NCBI RefSeq assembly: GCF_009914755.1
Contig: NC_060934.1
Strand: one strand, 5' to 3'
DNA length: 64,000 nt
Source of the DNA: the human T2T-CHM13v2.0 reference genome, Homo sapiens
The translations under genes were made by a program, and so were the position numbers. Below are positions 39,582-54,338 of this stretch, piece after piece. Numbering within the stretch: the first letter of the stretch is position 1; every line of letters begins with the position of its first letter. The notes under the pieces were generated by a model that saw only the letters and a list, made by a program, of their open reading frames with translations, made no database searches and was not told where the DNA came from.

Positions 39582-42500
39582 ATGGGAGCAGCTAAACACG
39601 ACCCAGGCAAGACCTCCCGTCCATCGGGTTAAACCCGTAGTCCACTGCTGACTCCACAACTCTGCCCTTGTTCTTACACCAAAGCTCCCTGCAGAGAGCC
39701 CATGGGTGACATGAAGCTGGCCTCGGACACCACATCTTCTGGCTTCCCTGGCCTCTGGCCCTGTTGTTTCCTGGACCTTGGCCACGGCTGAAGTTCAGGC
39801 TCCTCGTGATAACAGGCTGCTGATGGCTTCTGATGAATGAAAACCCGGGCAAAGACGGTGCTTCTCCTCCCTCCTGGCCCCTTGCATGTTAGGGAAATTT
39901 GAGTAGCACAAAGAGAGATGGTCTCCCTGAGGGTCTTCACAGGGCCCCATCCAAGTATCTCCAGGATGTGGGCAGCTCTCTGAGCACACGGAGGTCCTTG
40001 CGACGGCCGCACACATGGTGGGGGATGAAAAACGTTTCTTTCTCTGGGAATCCTGGGGTGGGAACCTCACCTAGTGGCTAGGCGGACACACAGCACAGGG
40101 TGGATTCAGGCCCGCCTCACCCTATGAGAGAGGAGGGGCCCCTCTCAGGAACACTGGAGGTGGTTGATTGCGACCAAAGGCTCTGCCGTGGGGACTAATT
40201 CCCACCCTTGGAATTCAGTAGACTTTTCTGTTGTTGGATCCCCAGAAAGCCCCAAATCAAGTTTGAATTTCTCTATGGAAGACTGTGGCACCTGGAACCA
40301 CAGAGCACGTTCCCCGTGACATGGGATGTGACACTGCTTATCAGAAGCCGCCTGGGTCTTCGGGACAGAGTCTACTTTAATGTAAACTGGAACCCAGGGA
40401 AGGTAAACTGAGACACAGCCCTGCGTGTTGACTTCAGGGTGGTTGGAGAGTTCTATGGAGAGGAAGGAACGTGGTGAGTGGTGGAGACAGGATTCAGGGC
40501 GCCATTCTGAAGGACCGGCCTTCAGCAGGGGACTCCGTATTCTGGTTTCCGGTCTATTTACAGCATCTCTCTCTCTCTCTCTCGCTTTCTCTCCCCTTTC
40601 CTGCCACACTTTGATCCATTCTCGTAAAGCAGGAGAGAGACTCCTTGGTTTATAGCCACTGTCTAAACATTGCGATGCTTTCTATGTGAGCATGGCAGTC
40701 ACTCTGTTTCTATCTTTAATACTGTAACTGCTCATCGGTTTAGCTCTTCTCTACCAATTGGAGAAATGCACAAGATTCAGGGAGATCATTTGTGAGAAAA
40801 GGCATCGCTGTTCTTCAAGCCCCCATCTTCAAAGCAAACATCTCTCTGGCAGAACCCAAGAAAAATTCCAGTTGGGTTTTCAAGAGCTAATTAAGCCACT
40901 GCACGGCTTCATGCGAAACCCTTCTCCCTCCCCATCTCCTTCTCAGTTTCTTCAAGATTAGGCTGAGGTTGGAAAGCAAACCCGAAAGCATCTCCAACCG
41001 CGTTATTTCTGGGCTGTGTTGATGCATGAAGCCACATCTGGCTCAGGATGGAGACTCAGGGTCTGGGCAAGTTGACAAATCCAAAGGCACCTGCTGTCGA
41101 GCGAGGACTGAAGCCACCGCTGACACTGTGCCCAGCAAAACCAGCACACACGGACTATTAACTGGTCGACTTTGCTCCTGGGGGCGTGGAAGGCAGAATC
41201 AAAGTGAATAATGTAAGCATTCCCCAGGCAGGGCCGGCACACCCTGCTCTGGGAAAATAAAAATAAATGTTGATGCTGGTGGATTGTAAAATCCCCTACC
41301 ACTTCCCTTATTCCATCCTGTGCTTTTGAGTCGAACACATTAAGCTCACCAGGGGAGACTGGCTCTGACATAGCGCTGTGTCCCTCTTCCTGAAACGAAA
41401 GCCGTCTGTCTGACGAGGACATTGAGGACCCGTAATTTACTACCTCTGCTACAATTCTAAATGCTCCCCCACCGCAGGGATTGAAACGTTCTTCCTATAA
41501 TTATAGTGGAATCAAAAGTCTAGCCGGCTAATGCGTGGAGCTTCTGTGCCAGCTATTTATAATAGGGGCTTCTCAGCCAATATGTTGTTTTTAATATGTC
41601 ATCTATATGACATTGTCAGGATCAACCTGTCCTTATTTTCTGTGTTTCTCCCCTAAAATAATATTATTACTTAAACATATAAATATTTGTGAGACTAAAA
41701 AGAAAAAGAAAAATACCTGAAAATGTAAAACCCAGCCAAGCCCGGTTGCCTCTTGGTTGGCCATGGAAGGATTCTTTGGGAGGGAGGCCCAGGGTGGGGT
41801 GTTGCTGGCTGCCTGAGGCCAAGGGGGCTCTCTGGGAAAGCAGTCTCCACACTCTGGGCCTGTTAGTCCGGGTCCCTGATGAGAATGGCCTTCTCTCTTT
41901 GGGAAACACTCCTGCTCCCTGGTAGTGTGGCGTCAACGGGGAGATGCTACCTAGTGTGGCCCAAGATGCGCTTTTGTCCAACTCATCCCACTCACAGATC
42001 CGGCTGTGGTGCAGCTTCGTGGCTATCTCACAGGTCACAGTGTTATTCTGGCATCGGAATCCCCCAGCGCTGCTATCCAAATTCTCTCCAACAGAGAAGG
42101 CGGCAGGCAGTGGCTGGTGCTGGAGAAGCCTCTAGGTCTGCCAAAGTCTGGTTTTGGCAGTCGGGGCTGGGGGCTCCCCCAGCAAGCAGCAGCGCTGTCC
42201 AACCCATTCTGGTCCAAGGACAAGTGGTGCCTTCCTTCTTCTGACTCAGACCCCCGGCTACCTTTCCCTTTCGCCTGCGGAAGCGACGGGGCGTGCATGG
42301 CAAAGCTGCCACGGAACAGGTGTGGAGGTGATGGTGAGTGGCAAACCTCCGTGCCCAAGTGGGACACAGCTTGTACTTTCTTGAATTGTTGAATTTGAAA
42401 GCTTGAAGAAGCCTGCAGGATCCACACCAACACTTTTGTTATTTTGCACATGAGAACACTGCAGCTCAGAACGTCGGGGCGTCTTGCCCAAGTGGCCCCG

Positions 42501-43605
42501 CTGGGCTGATGGGGTCCCCTGATTGCTACCACGTGTTCTTTCCAACACAGCAACGCTTTCTCGCTACCCAGTCTGTTCAGATTGCCCTCTAGGAATTGGA
42601 AACGGCCCCCAGATGCATCCATTTCTTCTCTTTCTGCATAAAGTGCTGATCACAGACACTGAAAGAGTCGTTTCTATTAGAGATGGGAACGTTGGACTGG
42701 GTTTAATGTGGATGTTTCTACAGCAGAACTAACAGAGCAGCACCTCCCCAGTGCCCCCTGCAAAGCACCGCGGTCTGCGCACGGCTCCGGGAGGTCACGG
42801 CCTTCCCTTTATTGGCAAACACAAAGCTGGCAGATGATACTTAGGAGTCACATCTCTAAGTCCACCGTCTTTATTCTCTTCCCTATTTGGATTTCTTTTT
42901 CAGTATTCTGATCTTAGAATTTGTACTGAAAAAGTGAAAAAAAATTGAAAACCGTTGGATTCTCCAGATTTCACTGGAGCTGATGATAATTATCACATTC
43001 TTAATACCAAACTTTTACACTTTTACACAAGTTCTTGAGAAGTCCCAAATTATGAAAACCTCTAGAATAGATTGGTGGGAGAATAATTGTCTCAACCATC
43101 CAGAAATCAGTTTATTGAATTGGTTGATTTGATGTTAGTTGTCGTAATTGATGACTGGTGCCTTCTGAGGAGAGAACAAAAAAGAAAACAGTGCTTTATC
43201 CTCAAGGCACCTGTGGGCTAAGAGGAGCCAGTAACACCTGGAGCTGTGATACTAGAAAAAGGTAACATGAGAGGAAGCTGTAAAGTGCTATGAAAATCCA
43301 CAAAAGGATGACAACTGCTAGAGAGATGGTAAAAGGGCTCCATGGCAGGTGCATTGCACAGGGGAAGTGGATTTCAAAATCATAGAATGAATCCAACCAG
43401 ATGGAAAAAACAATCAGGTCTTGGAGACAAGAATAAACAGGGCTCTCCTAGGGAATGATGGGAGTTCAGTTTGGATGAAGCAAAGTGTCATTCCAGGGGG
43501 CATGAGGCCGGCGTGCCTGGGAGCCCGGGTAGGCTGGACTTTGTCAAGGGAACAACAGAGAACTGGAGACTCCCGGCCCTGGAGCGACCTTCCAAGGTCA
43601 TCCAG

Positions 43606-43673
43606 CCTGACCCTCTCCCAGGGTCATCTGACCTGACCCTCTCCCAGGGTCATCTGACCTGACCCTCTCCCAG
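43606..43673. repeat. 26-bp tandem repeat, about 2.6 copies
   Basis: cctgaccctctcccagggtcatctga at 43606, 43632, 43658. Confidence 0.9.
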
Positions 43674-44248
43674 CTGCGTCCATCCCGTCTCACACCTTCC
43701 TAGCCATGGTCCTGGGCAAATGATTCCCCTAGCCACTTACACACCCATTTCTGCTCAGCTGTAGCAAAATCAGTCAGATTAAAAAATAAGTTTTCAATAC
43801 AAGTGCCTTCGAGGTCATGATGTGCTTATGTACTTTATCAAAATGTGTATCACCTACTCCTAGTCCAACTGCAGTACACACGTCTTTCCATATCCACACA
43901 CAGCATATCCTTCGCTAAGATGCTGCTGATGCAAATACACATCACTCTGCACTGTAGGCCCTGTGGGGCTAACAATGGCATCCCACGAAATCGCTGAAAA
44001 TGTCAAATTAACAGAACTTTATACTTAGCAAAATGAAAATTGGCAACTCAAAACCATGACTAACTCAAAATAACAAGGGCTCTTCCCCTGACTGCAGGAA
44101 TTCTGGGAGCCCTTTCACAGCCAGAACTTACTGTAAATGCATAATTTCAGTCTTTATTAACTCAAGAACACCAATTTTTAGCAAATTTTATGACTCATGT
44201 AGTGTAACGTGTAAATGATCATTAGATGTAAAAATAGATAAAAATCTA

Positions 44249-44691
<443 letters not shown>

Positions 44692-44793
44692 TCAACCTCA
44701 AAAGAATGGAAACTCACGATTCCACAAAGGATTTCATTCCGCAGAACACTCCAGAGAGGTTTTCTTCTGTTAGTACCAGCATTCTCCTTGTAA

Positions 44794-45243
<450 letters not shown>

Positions 45244-45867
45244 TAATTTCTTGTTAAACTTTATGTTGCTTAGTTGCTTATATTATTGTAATTTGGTGAA
45301 ATACTTTTGCATCCTAATTCTGATATTTGCTACTTTATGTGTGCTTCCCAGGTCCCTGTGCCTTCACGAATTTATGGCCGTGTACACATGTTAGACATTG
45401 AATAACACAGGACCAAGGAGAGAACCTTGTCTCACCCTCCACATCCCCCTTCCTATGAACAGCGGTCTCTGGGTACCGTCATTTGACCAAAAAAGTACTT
45501 TAATTTTTGGTTGTGGTCATTTAACTACTTACACATCAAGTTTATTTATGCTATAATTCAATCCACACTACACCATCTTGCCCTCAGAGGAGACCCTAAA
45601 GTCTAAGAGTTCAACAAGCACATTGAGCCTCTACTGAGTGCCAGTGAGACGGCTGAGATGAGAGGGACGTGGCACCCACACGAGAAGGGCTTGTCTTGCT
45701 GCTTCTTTACAGCAAACTCATGTTGATGCTAAGCACAATGGCCGTGTGTAGGGTCTCAGGAGGAGGTGCTATGGCTGTGGCATCACCCAGGGAATACTTT
45801 TCTCCAGCTGACCATGCATGAGGGGCAAGGGTGGCCACAGGAGGAACTGCCCAAGCAGAGACCAAGG

Positions 45868-46032
45868 GCCATGCGGCTCAGGCGTCAGCCAGGTGTGACG
45901 AGCTCTGTGCCATAGGGGCGAGGGCCACGCGGCTCAGGGGTCAGCCAGGTGTGAGGAGGTCTGGGCCATAGGGGCGAGTGCCATGCGGCTCGGGGTTCAG
46001 CCAGGTGTGACGAGCTCTGGACCGTGGGGGTG
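45868..46032. repeat. 56-bp tandem repeat, 3 copies
   Basis: gccaYgcggctc..cagccaggtgtga.. at 45868, 45924, 45980. Confidence 0.9.
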
Positions 46033-46349
46033 TACCCAAGTGGACACCGGGCCAGGAGAGTCTTCCTCACCATGCTGGGGACTTGGAGGTATGCTGGGAG
46101 AAGGACCAGTTAGAGGAGAGAAATGTCATGCCTTCAAGAAAGATGGTGGCCATGGCCCAGCAGCCTCCTGGTCTCACAATCTAGAAACATCTGAAAAGGA
46201 AATCGGTCCGGCACAACCTCTTGATCGCTCTGTGCAATCACTTTTTGCCTGTGTTAAGTATTAATAAGTGATTTATTGAGTAATTTTAGCGATGGGAGGG
46301 CGCTGCCTGGGGATCTGCAGGGTGGGGGCAGGGCCACGCTCCTCACACT

Positions 46350-46895
46350 GACTTGAGGAGGCATGAACAGGGCAGGAGAGGGCTCCCACACACAGCAGGA
46401 GTGTCGGGTGCCATCAGGTGGCTGTCAGGCAGCCGTCACACTGTCTCTCTACGGTAATAGTTGGTCACAGCCGGCACTAGGAAAAAGCATCTCCCAATAG
46501 ATAGAAATGCTTGGGACTGGTGATCAGCAGCTTCCCGATAGGATCTCAGGAACTGGGCTAGTGGGCTCAGGCGTGCACATGTGGACAGCCCACTCCAAGC
46601 GAAGAATCATGGGGGAAGGAACGTGGGGCCCTGGAAGCATGACAATGGATAAAACCCCAAGTCACAGGTCAAACCACGCACCCGTCCTTTGGAAGAGGCT
46701 TGGGCCTCTTCCAAATATACTTTCCTTCCCCTCATTTCTGCTCTGAAGATTTTAAATAAACTCTCACTCCTGCTCTAAAACTTGCCTCGGTCTCTTCTTC
46801 TGCCTTATGCCCCTCAGGCGAATTCTTTCTTCTGAGGAGGCAAGAATTGAGGTTGCCTGCCACAGACCCTAATGGATACAAATTTGCTGCTGGGA
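46350..46895 (+). mobile_element. ERV1 MER4-group LTR (MER50-like)
   Basis: catgaacagggcaggagaggg, tctcccaatagataga, ctggtgatcagcagcttcccgata, aataaa near 46755, gaattctttcttctgaggaggcaagaattgagg. Confidence 0.7.
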
Positions 46896-46907
46896 TGATT
46901 GGATATA

Positions 46908-47228
46908 TTTTGTTGTTGTTGTTGTTTTTTTGTTTTGTTTTTTTTTCCTGACAGGGCCTCACTCTGTTGCTCGGGCTGGAGTGCAGTGGTGTGATGTCTC
47001 ACTGAAACCTTCACTTCCCGGGCTCAAGGGATTCTCCTGCCTCAGCCTCCTGAGAAGCTGGGACTACAGACGTGCCACCACCCTTGGCTAATTGTTTTGG
47101 TATTTTTTGTAGAGATGGGGGTCTCACCATGTTACCTAGGCTGCTCTTGAATTCCTGGGCTCAAGCTATCCACCTGCCTTGGCCTCCCAAAGTGTTGGGA
47201 TTACAGGCATGAGCTACTGCACCTGGCC
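46908..47228 (-). mobile_element. Alu (AluJ-like)
   Basis: gacagggcctcactctg, gggctcaag; tail decayed to (TTG)n. Confidence 0.92.
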
Positions 47229-47467
47229 TCGGATCTGCATTTTAAAGAGTCACTCTGTCCCCAGAGCCACAGCTGTCTATAGAGGTCTATAGACATTAGG
47301 GAAATTTATTGGACTCATGGACTGGAAATCTGGGATAAGGAGAGAAGGGTTTTTGGGCAATTTGGGTGGCTTCTGGGGTGTTCACCAGGATGGAAAGTGT
47401 AAGAAGAGAACAAACCTTTGTGGTGGGGACAGGTGTCAAGTTCCACCCTAGAGCTGAAGCGTGGCCG

Positions 47468-47693
47468 ATTACGGAGGAGCCCTTGGCAGGGGGCCGGGTA
47501 GTTTCTAGTGCAGGAGACACGCCTTTCCTTGCTGAGCCCCCGGATCATGGGGGAGGCCTCGACGGGGGACCGGGTAGTTTCTAGTGCAGGAGATGTGCCT
47601 TTCCTTGCTGAGCCCCCGGATCACGGGGGAGCCCTTGACAGGGGGCTGGGTAGTTTCTAGTGCAGGAGACACGCCTTTCCTTGCTGAGCCCCC
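47468..47693. repeat. 75-76-bp tandem repeat, 3 copies
   Basis: gggtagtttctagtgcaggaga..gcctttccttgctgagccccc three times. Confidence 0.93.
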
Positions 47694-48339
47694 ATCCCAC
47701 TGAGCACCTGCTCTTCGGTTGCTGGCATCCTCTCCACTTTGTGTGAATGTCTCAGGTTTGATTCCCTGCATGGCCTTCGCGTGTATCTCACAGTACACGT
47801 CACATCTGTAAATTAAAAGGCATCTTCTCCATGGACACCCTGCTCCTTCCTCCTGAGCTCCCAGCATCCTTGTGTAAATTCCAGGGAAATCGAGGGTAAA
47901 ACTCGTTCCCGGCCCTCTGGGAGGGGATGGCCCTGGGGAGGGTGAGAGGACACCAGCTGCAGTTTGGGGATGAGCTTCCATGATGGAAATGTCTGGGACA
48001 CACGGAGCTCAGAGCAGGGGCAGCCCGGTCTACATTGGGGGTCAGTGGGTCTTCAGAAAGACTGATGGACACACAGGCCTCTTCTGCGGGCTAGGAGGAG
48101 GGGGATGCATCCCAGGAGGCTGGTGGCACCCAAGCAGGACTGTGAACTGAGTGACACAGCCGGAGCGGACGGGCAAGGCGATGCTGTGTCCACACACGCA
48201 AACATGACCCAGGCCACCTCCGTGTCCCAAGCACCTGGGAGAGGCTCTCAGCCTCCATTTGCTGAGTGAGACTGTCCGCCCACCAGGAGGAAGACCCAGT
48301 TCACCTGCACCCAGGATACAGGGGAGAGAATGCGTGGGA

Positions 48340-48860
48340 ATGGATGAGCCCCAGGCAGCGGGTGGGTCGACTGGGTGGGGCATCCAAGCCTTGGGGAGAT
48401 GAGATTTACGTGTGCAAAGTCGGGATGGAAACGCCTGTGTAAGAGTGCTGAGCAGGACTCCGGGAGGAGGCGGCTTCAGAAAGGCAAGGATGCTCGCAGG
48501 ACTGCGTGTCACGGGGGGTCACGCACCACACGGCTGGACCGAGCCCGGGGCCTCAGTGACCGAGGCGGCGGCTGCCGGTCGTCCTGGAGGGAGAGCTGCC
48601 TGTGAATCTATTGCACAGTGGGTGGGACCCTGGTCTAACGGTGCCACGCCCACGGGGACCCCCACGGGCCGTTGCTACAGAGCAGCGGGTGCCAGCAGGT
48701 CAGGCGCTCAGGAAGAGGTGAAGAGAAATCAACGCGGCGTCGTCAAGCTCAGTCAGCAGGAGGACCCCCGGGGAGGGTCCGGCACTCAGGAGCCCCCCCG
48801 GGGCAGGAGGGGCCTCTTCCTCCCAGACTGAAGCCAGAGGCAGGTCTCCCGCTGCTGCTC
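48340..48860. other. CpG-rich, island-like unique sequence
   Basis: about 25 CpGs counted by eye in 48481-48800; high GC. Confidence 0.55.
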
Positions 48861-50850
48861 TAGGGGCTTAGGTGGTTTTGAATAACTACTGTGGAGAAAG
48901 GAAACTTGACCGCAGGCTGGGTTTGACAGTGTATCTGCGCACCTTTTCCCCTTGGGCTTCCTGGTTGGTTTAGTGATGAGTCTGTTTCAGGTGCTGTGAC
49001 GGGAAGGCAGGGGCCTTCACTCTCTTGCTTTCTGTCCCTGAGCAGCACATTACCCATCCCGGGCCCCAGCGGCCTCCTCTGTGGGGAGGGGACAGCAGGG
49101 GAGGGGCCTGGAGTCTCCAGAGTCGTGCTGTGCGGACAGGGAAATCCTTGAAATACCCTCAGGATTGCCCCAGATGAATTTGAAAATTGGAAGAGAAGGA
49201 GACACACGTCAGGAAGACAAACAAAAGATGTGACACCTTGTTTTTTCACCTGGCACATTCTGGCATATTTTTTAAAGTTCAGCCATTTGAGCCAGACCTT
49301 ATTATGAGAATTCTATGAACGCTTGATGTGTGATGGATATTTTGCATAAATTTGGATGGAACTGAAGTTTGAAGAGAGATAGGGCTGCCCAATGGAAAGA
49401 AAATGTGGAAATCAATTACCCTTTGCATGGAGCCTTATCTCAGGATGCAAAGGCCACTGGCAATGAGGAGGGAAATGCCCCCACAACTGGAGGTAATTGT
49501 GTGAATTTTCTAGGCCACAGAGGATGGTTTCTTCACTACAAAACACGAACATTTTTGTTTCACCAAGTCTAGATGGCAGTCTTTTGTCTTGGAGACAGTT
49601 AAGTGTTACTGTGAGAAAATTCTCAGCTGCTTTGAAAACAGTGAAAACTCTTTGCATTTTTAACAAAAGAAATGCATTTTGAAGGTGGGAAATTGTCACT
49701 AGTGATTAAAGAGAAAGCTCTGCAGAAGTAAAACATCCTTTGAAGGGGTGAGAGAAGGAGAAGGAGAGAAAAAAGGAAGAGAGAGAGACAGAAAAAGAGA
49801 GTGGGAGGGAGAGAGAGGCAGAGAGAGAAAGGGAGAGATGAGGGCTGCAGGAAGGAGCCTGGAGTGGAGCCAGGGGGGCCTGCCTCAGGTGGGGGCCAGT
49901 GTGGAGGTCGAGGTCCAGCCCAGGGTGCCCGACTGCAGGTCTCTGGCAAGGGCCCTTGGCAGGGAGAAGCCCCAGGCCCTGCAGGGCAGAGCTGGGCTGA
50001 GTGGGGAGAAGGCCACACCTGGGGCTCAGGCGGTTGCTTTCAGTGTCCTGCGTGGTGACTGTGCTCGTAAAAGTCCAGTTCTTGGGGGATAAATTCCAGG
50101 CTCCTGAAGACGCCTGGGCTGCCTGATTGACAGCCCAGAAGCTGAGGCCTGAACGCATCTGCCAGGTGGTTATTGCTCTGCTTCCATGGAAACGCACACA
50201 GGACGGGGGAGCTGAGGTGAGGTTTTAAAGACAGCCTTCTTTTTATAACTTCCCTACCTTATCCTCTTCCATCTGACCGCCGTTTCCATGGCAACCAGAT
50301 CAGAAAGGCCATCGGCCTCACGAACTCTGATTTGCACGGTGGATTTGCCAAGTGCCAGGCACCGCCATGCATCCAGGGAGGCAGAGGCGTCCCCGTGCAT
50401 CCAAGTCACCCGAGGCCAGCTGGATGGAAAGGGCCAGGAGGTTGCAGGTGCCACGGCCCTCTGGGGTGTGGAGGGAACTCTAATTTCTGAACCCAGCCTG
50501 GGTGCCACAAGTGAGGGTGGCCGCATGATATTCACATGCTCGGGAACACTCCTGGCCCACAGGGACTTCCTTTCTTAACAATCAGAGACACAAGTGCTGG
50601 GCTGCCCACGGGTTCCGGATGCTGACCTTGTGGCAAATCATGATGACTCTCCCCAGATCCCCACCTGGCCTACGATCCAACCCCTAGAGCACCTTCACAG
50701 CCACGCAAGGGCACCCTCCCACTGCGCAGCACTGCCTCTCACTCATGGCTGTGAAACTTGGGTTGCCCGATCCTGCAAACGCTGGCTTTCTCCTCTGACC
50801 CATGGCTAACACCACTTCCTTACAGGAGAAGTGACTGCACTGATCAGAAG

Positions 50851-51218
50851 TGTGGAGTCCTGATAAGATTAGTAAGTAACGTTGAGGAAGGCGCTACAGG
50901 TCGGGGAGAACAGTTGTTCTGAGAGACGGCCAATCACAGGCAACTGCTGGCATGACATGCTGTTCCCAAATACCTCACTCCACAAGTAGCCCCAGCAGCA
51001 TGACCTTATCTGCCCATGGCCCCCTCCAGCATGACCCTATACAGCTTCCTTCCAGCCCTGCTTCTTTGCAGACGGCCCCTTTTCTGCTGTGCTGCCCATT
51101 GCTTTCTTGCAACGTATCTTCGTGCTTTCTCTAATAAATCTGCCTTCTTTACCCACGACTGTCTTGGTAAATTCTTTTACCACCCGTGACACCAGCCCCA
51201 GCCATTGCACCCACAACA
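50851..51218 (+). mobile_element. ERV1-type solo LTR
   Basis: TG...CA ends, ccaat box, ctctaataaatctgcc, gtcttggtaaattctttt; family unresolved. Confidence 0.65.
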
Positions 51219-52185
51219 ACACGGTGATGTGCCAGAAGCAATGAAAAGCCATCCATACATAGATAAAAATATGGGGACCAACATGAAGCGTCAGCCTGTG
51301 CGCCTCTTTCCAGACGATAGGCGGGGTGCTTAATTTTCAGAGAATGCCTTCGTGACTATTTCCCTTAGACATAAATAGAGACCACAGCCACGTGTTATTT
51401 CATGCTATGTTTAAATCTAACTTGGGACTTCTGTGGGCCACACATGTCTTTAACAATCCTGTGGCGGGCAGGTGCCTCCCCAGAACGCTTCTCACAGGTG
51501 CACTGGGAGGTTCCCTCCTGCCCTGACATGCATCCCAGGGAAGAGCCCCTCTGCTGGAGGACTAAGAGGGTCCATGTGGGATCCTGTCATGCCCAGGTAA
51601 ACTGTCCCACTGTGTGCCTGTGCTTGGGTTCTCTCCCTGTGAAAAACCCGACTGCAGCAAACCTCCCCGAGCCTTTACTGAGCTGTGAGTGAGGATCTGG
51701 GCCTGCAAAGCCAAAGGAGACGCCAGTGCTGCCCTAACAGGCAGAGACTCCAGTCATGGGAGCTCTGCTGGGCCTTTCTAGTCCTAGAACAGTGTGCAGT
51801 GTCTTAGGAAGTACATAGCATTCAGGCGTGATGTTATTCTCTTTCATGTCTCAGTAAAACTCTGAGCTGCACAGATGTGATGGAAGCCCTGGGAACAGCG
51901 TCACGGACATCAGAGGGGGTGGGTCTTCTGTGTCTCAACCTGGCGTTGGCACACGGCATGGAGGTTTCCATGGCTGGATATAAGTAGAGTCATGAGAATG
52001 CCTCTGTCATCTGCTCTACACTTCCTTAGTATCTCCGTTTAAGTAACTTAGTACCCTGGGTCCAACTCTTAAATTTGTTGGGGAAAATGTCCTAAATCTA
52101 GACACAGACATTGTTGTTTGAAAGAGTTCAGCTTCTCAAAATGATGATGAGCACCGTCACTAACTGCTGACCATCAGGAGAATGT

Positions 52186-52560
52186 CAAAATAAGGACCCT
52201 CAGACGGGAGAGCACCAAAACAAGGACCCTCAGATGGGAGTGCGCCAAAACAAGGACCCTCGGACGGGAGAGCACCAAAACAAGGACCCTCGGACGGGAG
52301 AGCACCAAAACAAGGACCCTCGGACGGGAGAGCGCCAAAACAAGGACCCTCGGACGGGAGAGCGCCAAAACAAGGACCCTCGGACGGGAGAGCGCCAAAA
52401 TAAGGACCCTTGGACGGGAGAGCACCAAAATAAGGACCTTCGGACGGGAGAGCACCAAAATAAGGACCCTCCGACAGGAGTGCCAAAATAAGGACCCTCA
52501 GATGGGAGAGTGCCAAAATGGGAACCCTCAGGTGGGAGAGAACCAAGATGGGGACCCTTG
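52186..52560. repeat. 30-bp minisatellite, about 12.5 copies
   Basis: caaaaYaaggaccctcggacgggagagcRc. Confidence 0.95.
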
Positions 52561-53965
52561 GAGGAGGAGGGGCCTGCAAACAGATGGGTCTTCACCAACG
52601 AATCCAATAGCTGGTAGCACCCTCCCAAAAGGTAAGCCAGCAGTCTATGGCATAACAGCCAAGAGGGGAGTGGGGCTGCAGCTGTCTTGGGCAGGGGCAG
52701 CATAGGTTGTGTATGTGTGGCCGCATCTCAGCCTCTCAGCTACAGGGTGACCTCTCTGGGTCAACCAGGATCCCAGTTAGTAGCTGCAGTACAGAGTCCA
52801 ATTCTTAAGGCAGGAGTTAGGCTGAAGGCTGGGACTCCATTCAGAGGGACTGTTTGGAGTGAGGACCGGGGGTACAGACCAGAACCCAGGCAAGGCAGCA
52901 GCCACGTGGAGCAGGAAGAAGCCCTGATGTGTGACAGGTTTGCTGGGGCCCAGGCAGTAGCAGATCACCCATGACACGTGAATGACAAGTTAGGGATAGC
53001 AGATTCCTTTCAGACCCTCGGCCTCACACGGCGGGTTTGTGTGGCTTCAGGGCCCGGACAGCAGAGGCTGGGAGATGGAGTTTTGGTAGAGCAGCTTGGA
53101 GTAGAGTAGGTAGGATCTCACAGCCTAGCTTTTGATTGAAAACCTGTTTCTGAGAGGAACCCAGGACAGCCTGCTGAGGAAAGCAGGAAATCCAGAGTCG
53201 GGTTCTGCCTCCTAAACCATGGGTGGCATTTGGGCGTATGGAGGGCAGAGCCCTATAGGGAGGGGAGAGGCTGAAGAGGGGTGGCGTCTCCAACATGTAA
53301 CTGGTTTCCACCAATAACACCAGGCCGGAGGTCAATTTACTTAGTTATTTGAGGGATTCATTTTACTATTGATTTATGTTGATCAAAGCTGAGAACAATG
53401 ATTTACAGGGAAGTGTATTTGAAGGACACACACTTCATTCATTTGTCAAGAGAAGGTTTAGCTTCTCTCAATATCAAGACAAAACATCGAAGGACTCCGT
53501 GCTTAAGCCAGGTTCTTTGGGGCCCTCCATAGACGTGCTTTACTCCATAGACGTGCTTTACTCCATTGCATTTTGGATTATGCACCCAAATGACACACAG
53601 AAGAGATGGAAGGAGCTGTCTTTAAAAACTCAACAAACTGGAAATAGAAATAAATGCTCTCAATATGATAAAAACCATATACAAAACAAAAAAAAAACCT
53701 ACAGCGAAAATTGTACTCAATGGTAAAAGACAGAAAGCTTTTCCTCTAGAACAGGACAAAGAGAAAGATACTTTACCACTTTTATTTAATACAGTATTGG
53801 AAATTTTGGCCAGAGCAATTAGGCAAGATGAAAGAAGTAAAAGGCATCCTACTTGGAAAAAAAGAATTAAAATTATCTGTTTGCAGGTGACCTGATATCA
53901 TATGTAGAAAAACTAAAAGCATTGTTAGAACTAATAAATGAATTCAACAAAGTTGCAGAATATAA

Positions 53966-54338
<373 letters not shown>

